From: Candidatus Poribacteria bacterium
Lineage (GTDB): Bacteria > Poribacteria > WGA-4E > GCA-2687025
NCBI GenBank assembly: GCA_963665845.2
Contig: OY762492.1
Location: 736,001 to 800,000, forward strand
Direction: 5' to 3'
DNA: 64,000 bases
Of this stretch, positions 62,703 to 64,000 are shown one piece after another (positions within the stretch are counted from its first letter, which is position 1; the number at the start of each line of letters is the position of its first letter). The position numbers were made by a program, and so were the translations under genes. The notes below the pieces were generated by a model. It saw only the letters and a list, made by a program, of their open reading frames with translations, was not told the DNA's origin and searched no databases.

Positions 62703-63566
62703 CTACCAAACCACATCAAGCGAACAGACCGACATGAGCGCCAGGCTCACAAGTCCGTTCATCGTGAAAAAAGCGGCGTTCACCCGCGACAGATCGTCCG
62801 GCTTCACCAGCGAATGCTCATACAGAAGCAGCCCGCCGACCGCCGCGCATCCGCCCCAATACGCCCAGCCCAGATCGACTCCATGACCGGACGCCAACAG
62901 CGGAACCGACAGCAGAACGATCATCATGAGCGCATGCAGTAGGCGCGACAGAAGCAGCGCGCCCCGAATGCCTATGCGGCTCGGAACGGAATACAGCCCA
63001 TGCGTTTTGTCGAAGTCGGCGTCCTGGCATGAGTAGATGATGTCAAAGCCGGCGACCCAGAGCGCGACCGCCAGCGCCAGCGCCAGAGGCAGCAAATCAA
63101 AACGGCCGAGAACGGCGATCCATGCCCCGACCGGCGCAATCGACAGCGAAACGCCGAGCCAAGCATGCGACAGCGACGTGAACCGCTTCGAGTAAGAATA
63201 AAACATGACGACAGCGAGCGCCAGCGGCGACAAGGCGAACGCGAGCGGGTTGAGCCGCCACGCGCAGAAGATGAACCATGCCGCGGAGGCGGCGGTGAAC
63301 AGCTGAACCGAGCGGACGCCGATCAAGCCTGCCGGCAAGGCGCGTTTCTGCGTGCGCGGGTTCGCGGCGTCGATCTTCGCGTCGGCGAGGCGGTTGAACG
63401 CCATCGCGCAGCTGCGCGCGCCGACCATCGCGCCGACGATCCAGCCGAGGGTCCCCCATTCAGGAAGACCCCCGGCTGCAAGAAACGCGCTCATGACCGC
63501 AAACGGAAGCGCAAACACCGTATGCTCAAACCGTATCATGGCGAGTATGATGCCAATGCGCTTCAT
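62703..63566 (-). CDS. mqnP: UbiA-family menaquinone prenyltransferase (MqnP-type)
   Basis: IRFEHTVFALPFA, ARSCAMAFNRLAD..D..NPRT..RALP, YSYSKRFT, GFDIIYSCQD, AFFTMNG. Confidence 0.88.
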   Translation of the reverse strand: MKRIGIILAMIRFEHTVFALPFAVMSAFLAAGGLPEWGTLGWIVGAMVGARSCAMAFNRLADAKIDAANPRTQKRALPAGLIGVRSVQLFTAASAAWFIFCAWRLNPLAFALSPLALAVVMFYSYSKRFTSLSHAWLGVSLSIAPVGAWIAVLGRFDLLPLALALAVALWVAGFDIIYSCQDADFDKTHGLYSVPSRIGIRGALLLSRLLHALMMIVLLSVPLLASGHGVDLGWAYWGGCAAVGGLLLYEHSLVKPDDLSRVNAAFFTMNGLVSLALMSVCSLDVVW

Positions 63567-63593
63567 CGGCGGTCGATCCGCTTCGAGCCGCCC

Positions 63594-64000
63594 TTAATGG
63601 TTGCTTGCAAATTCAGCCGAATTCAGCAGGCTCCAGTAAAGGTCCTCGTACGCGCGCTTCGGATCGCGCTTATACCCGTTCATGTAGCTGCGGAAGTAGC
63701 TCCGCTCCGCCCCGGTCGGCATGCGCGACAGAGTCGCCAGATAAATCTGCTCAAGCCGCCGCTGCGTCTCGGTGTGGCGCGACAGGATATTCGCCAGCCG
63801 CGTCCCTTCCTTCGCCACAATGCCGTCGTTCACAAGCGAACCGTTCAGCATCATCAGCGCCTGCGCAATCGTCGGATTGTTCATCTCATCCTCCTCCATC
63901 TCGTCGTTGCCGAAGGCGAAGGTGAACTGCCGCAGATAGCGCCGTTTCATGTCCTGCACATTTTGACCGCGGCGCGTTTGCCGCGACGCAATGTTCGTCG
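63594..64000 (-). CDS. DUF1553 (PSD1)-like domain protein, C-terminal part (runs off window)
   Basis: IAQALMMLNG, IYLATLSRMPT..E, DLYWSLLNSAEF; frame open to the window end. Confidence 0.8.
   Translation of the reverse strand, partial: TNIASRQTRRGQNVQDMKRRYLRQFTFAFGNDEMEEDEMNNPTIAQALMMLNGSLVNDGIVAKEGTRLANILSRHTETQRRLEQIYLATLSRMPTGAERSYFRSYMNGYKRDPKRAYEDLYWSLLNSAEFASNH

Overview
GC-rich bacterial chromosomal window with no rRNA, tRNA or CRISPR array recognisable. The gene content (LamG protein ending TWGRIK, WD40-dockerin protein with an LLPNYPNPFNPETWIPF C-terminal domain, PhyH, DUF6785-like membrane protein) resembles Candidatus Poribacteria; this is inference. Housekeeping genes (waaA, pncB, hisG, coaE, trpC, trpF, prs, mutY, lnt, prfB, rqcH, mqnA/mqnP) alternate with AT-richer accessory or defence-like genes and with dense intergenic repeats: more than 30 CGTC-tagged ATTCCCGC-N4-GCGGGAAT palindromes, two MITE-like families, a CCCCCTTTTCAAGGGGG hairpin family and a GTCTGAACTAGGATT hairpin family. 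Main highlights: (1) an IS110 element (9162-10698) that splits one palindrome, with a fully readable bridge RNA whose guides match its own donor junction and the host repeat; (2) a futalosine/menaquinone operon tightly coupled to an atypical class II terpene cyclase, a candidate new meroterpenoid pathway; (3) an ECF-sigma cassette encoding a secreted Cys/Ser-rich poly-Asp protein and a GT-C glycosyltransferase; (4) a PorV-like barrel fused to a lytic transglycosylase; (5) a prfB +1 frameshift at CTT-TAA-C instead of CTT-TGA-C; (6) tandem cytochrome P460-like lipoproteins. All family calls come from motif recognition by eye; no searches were run.
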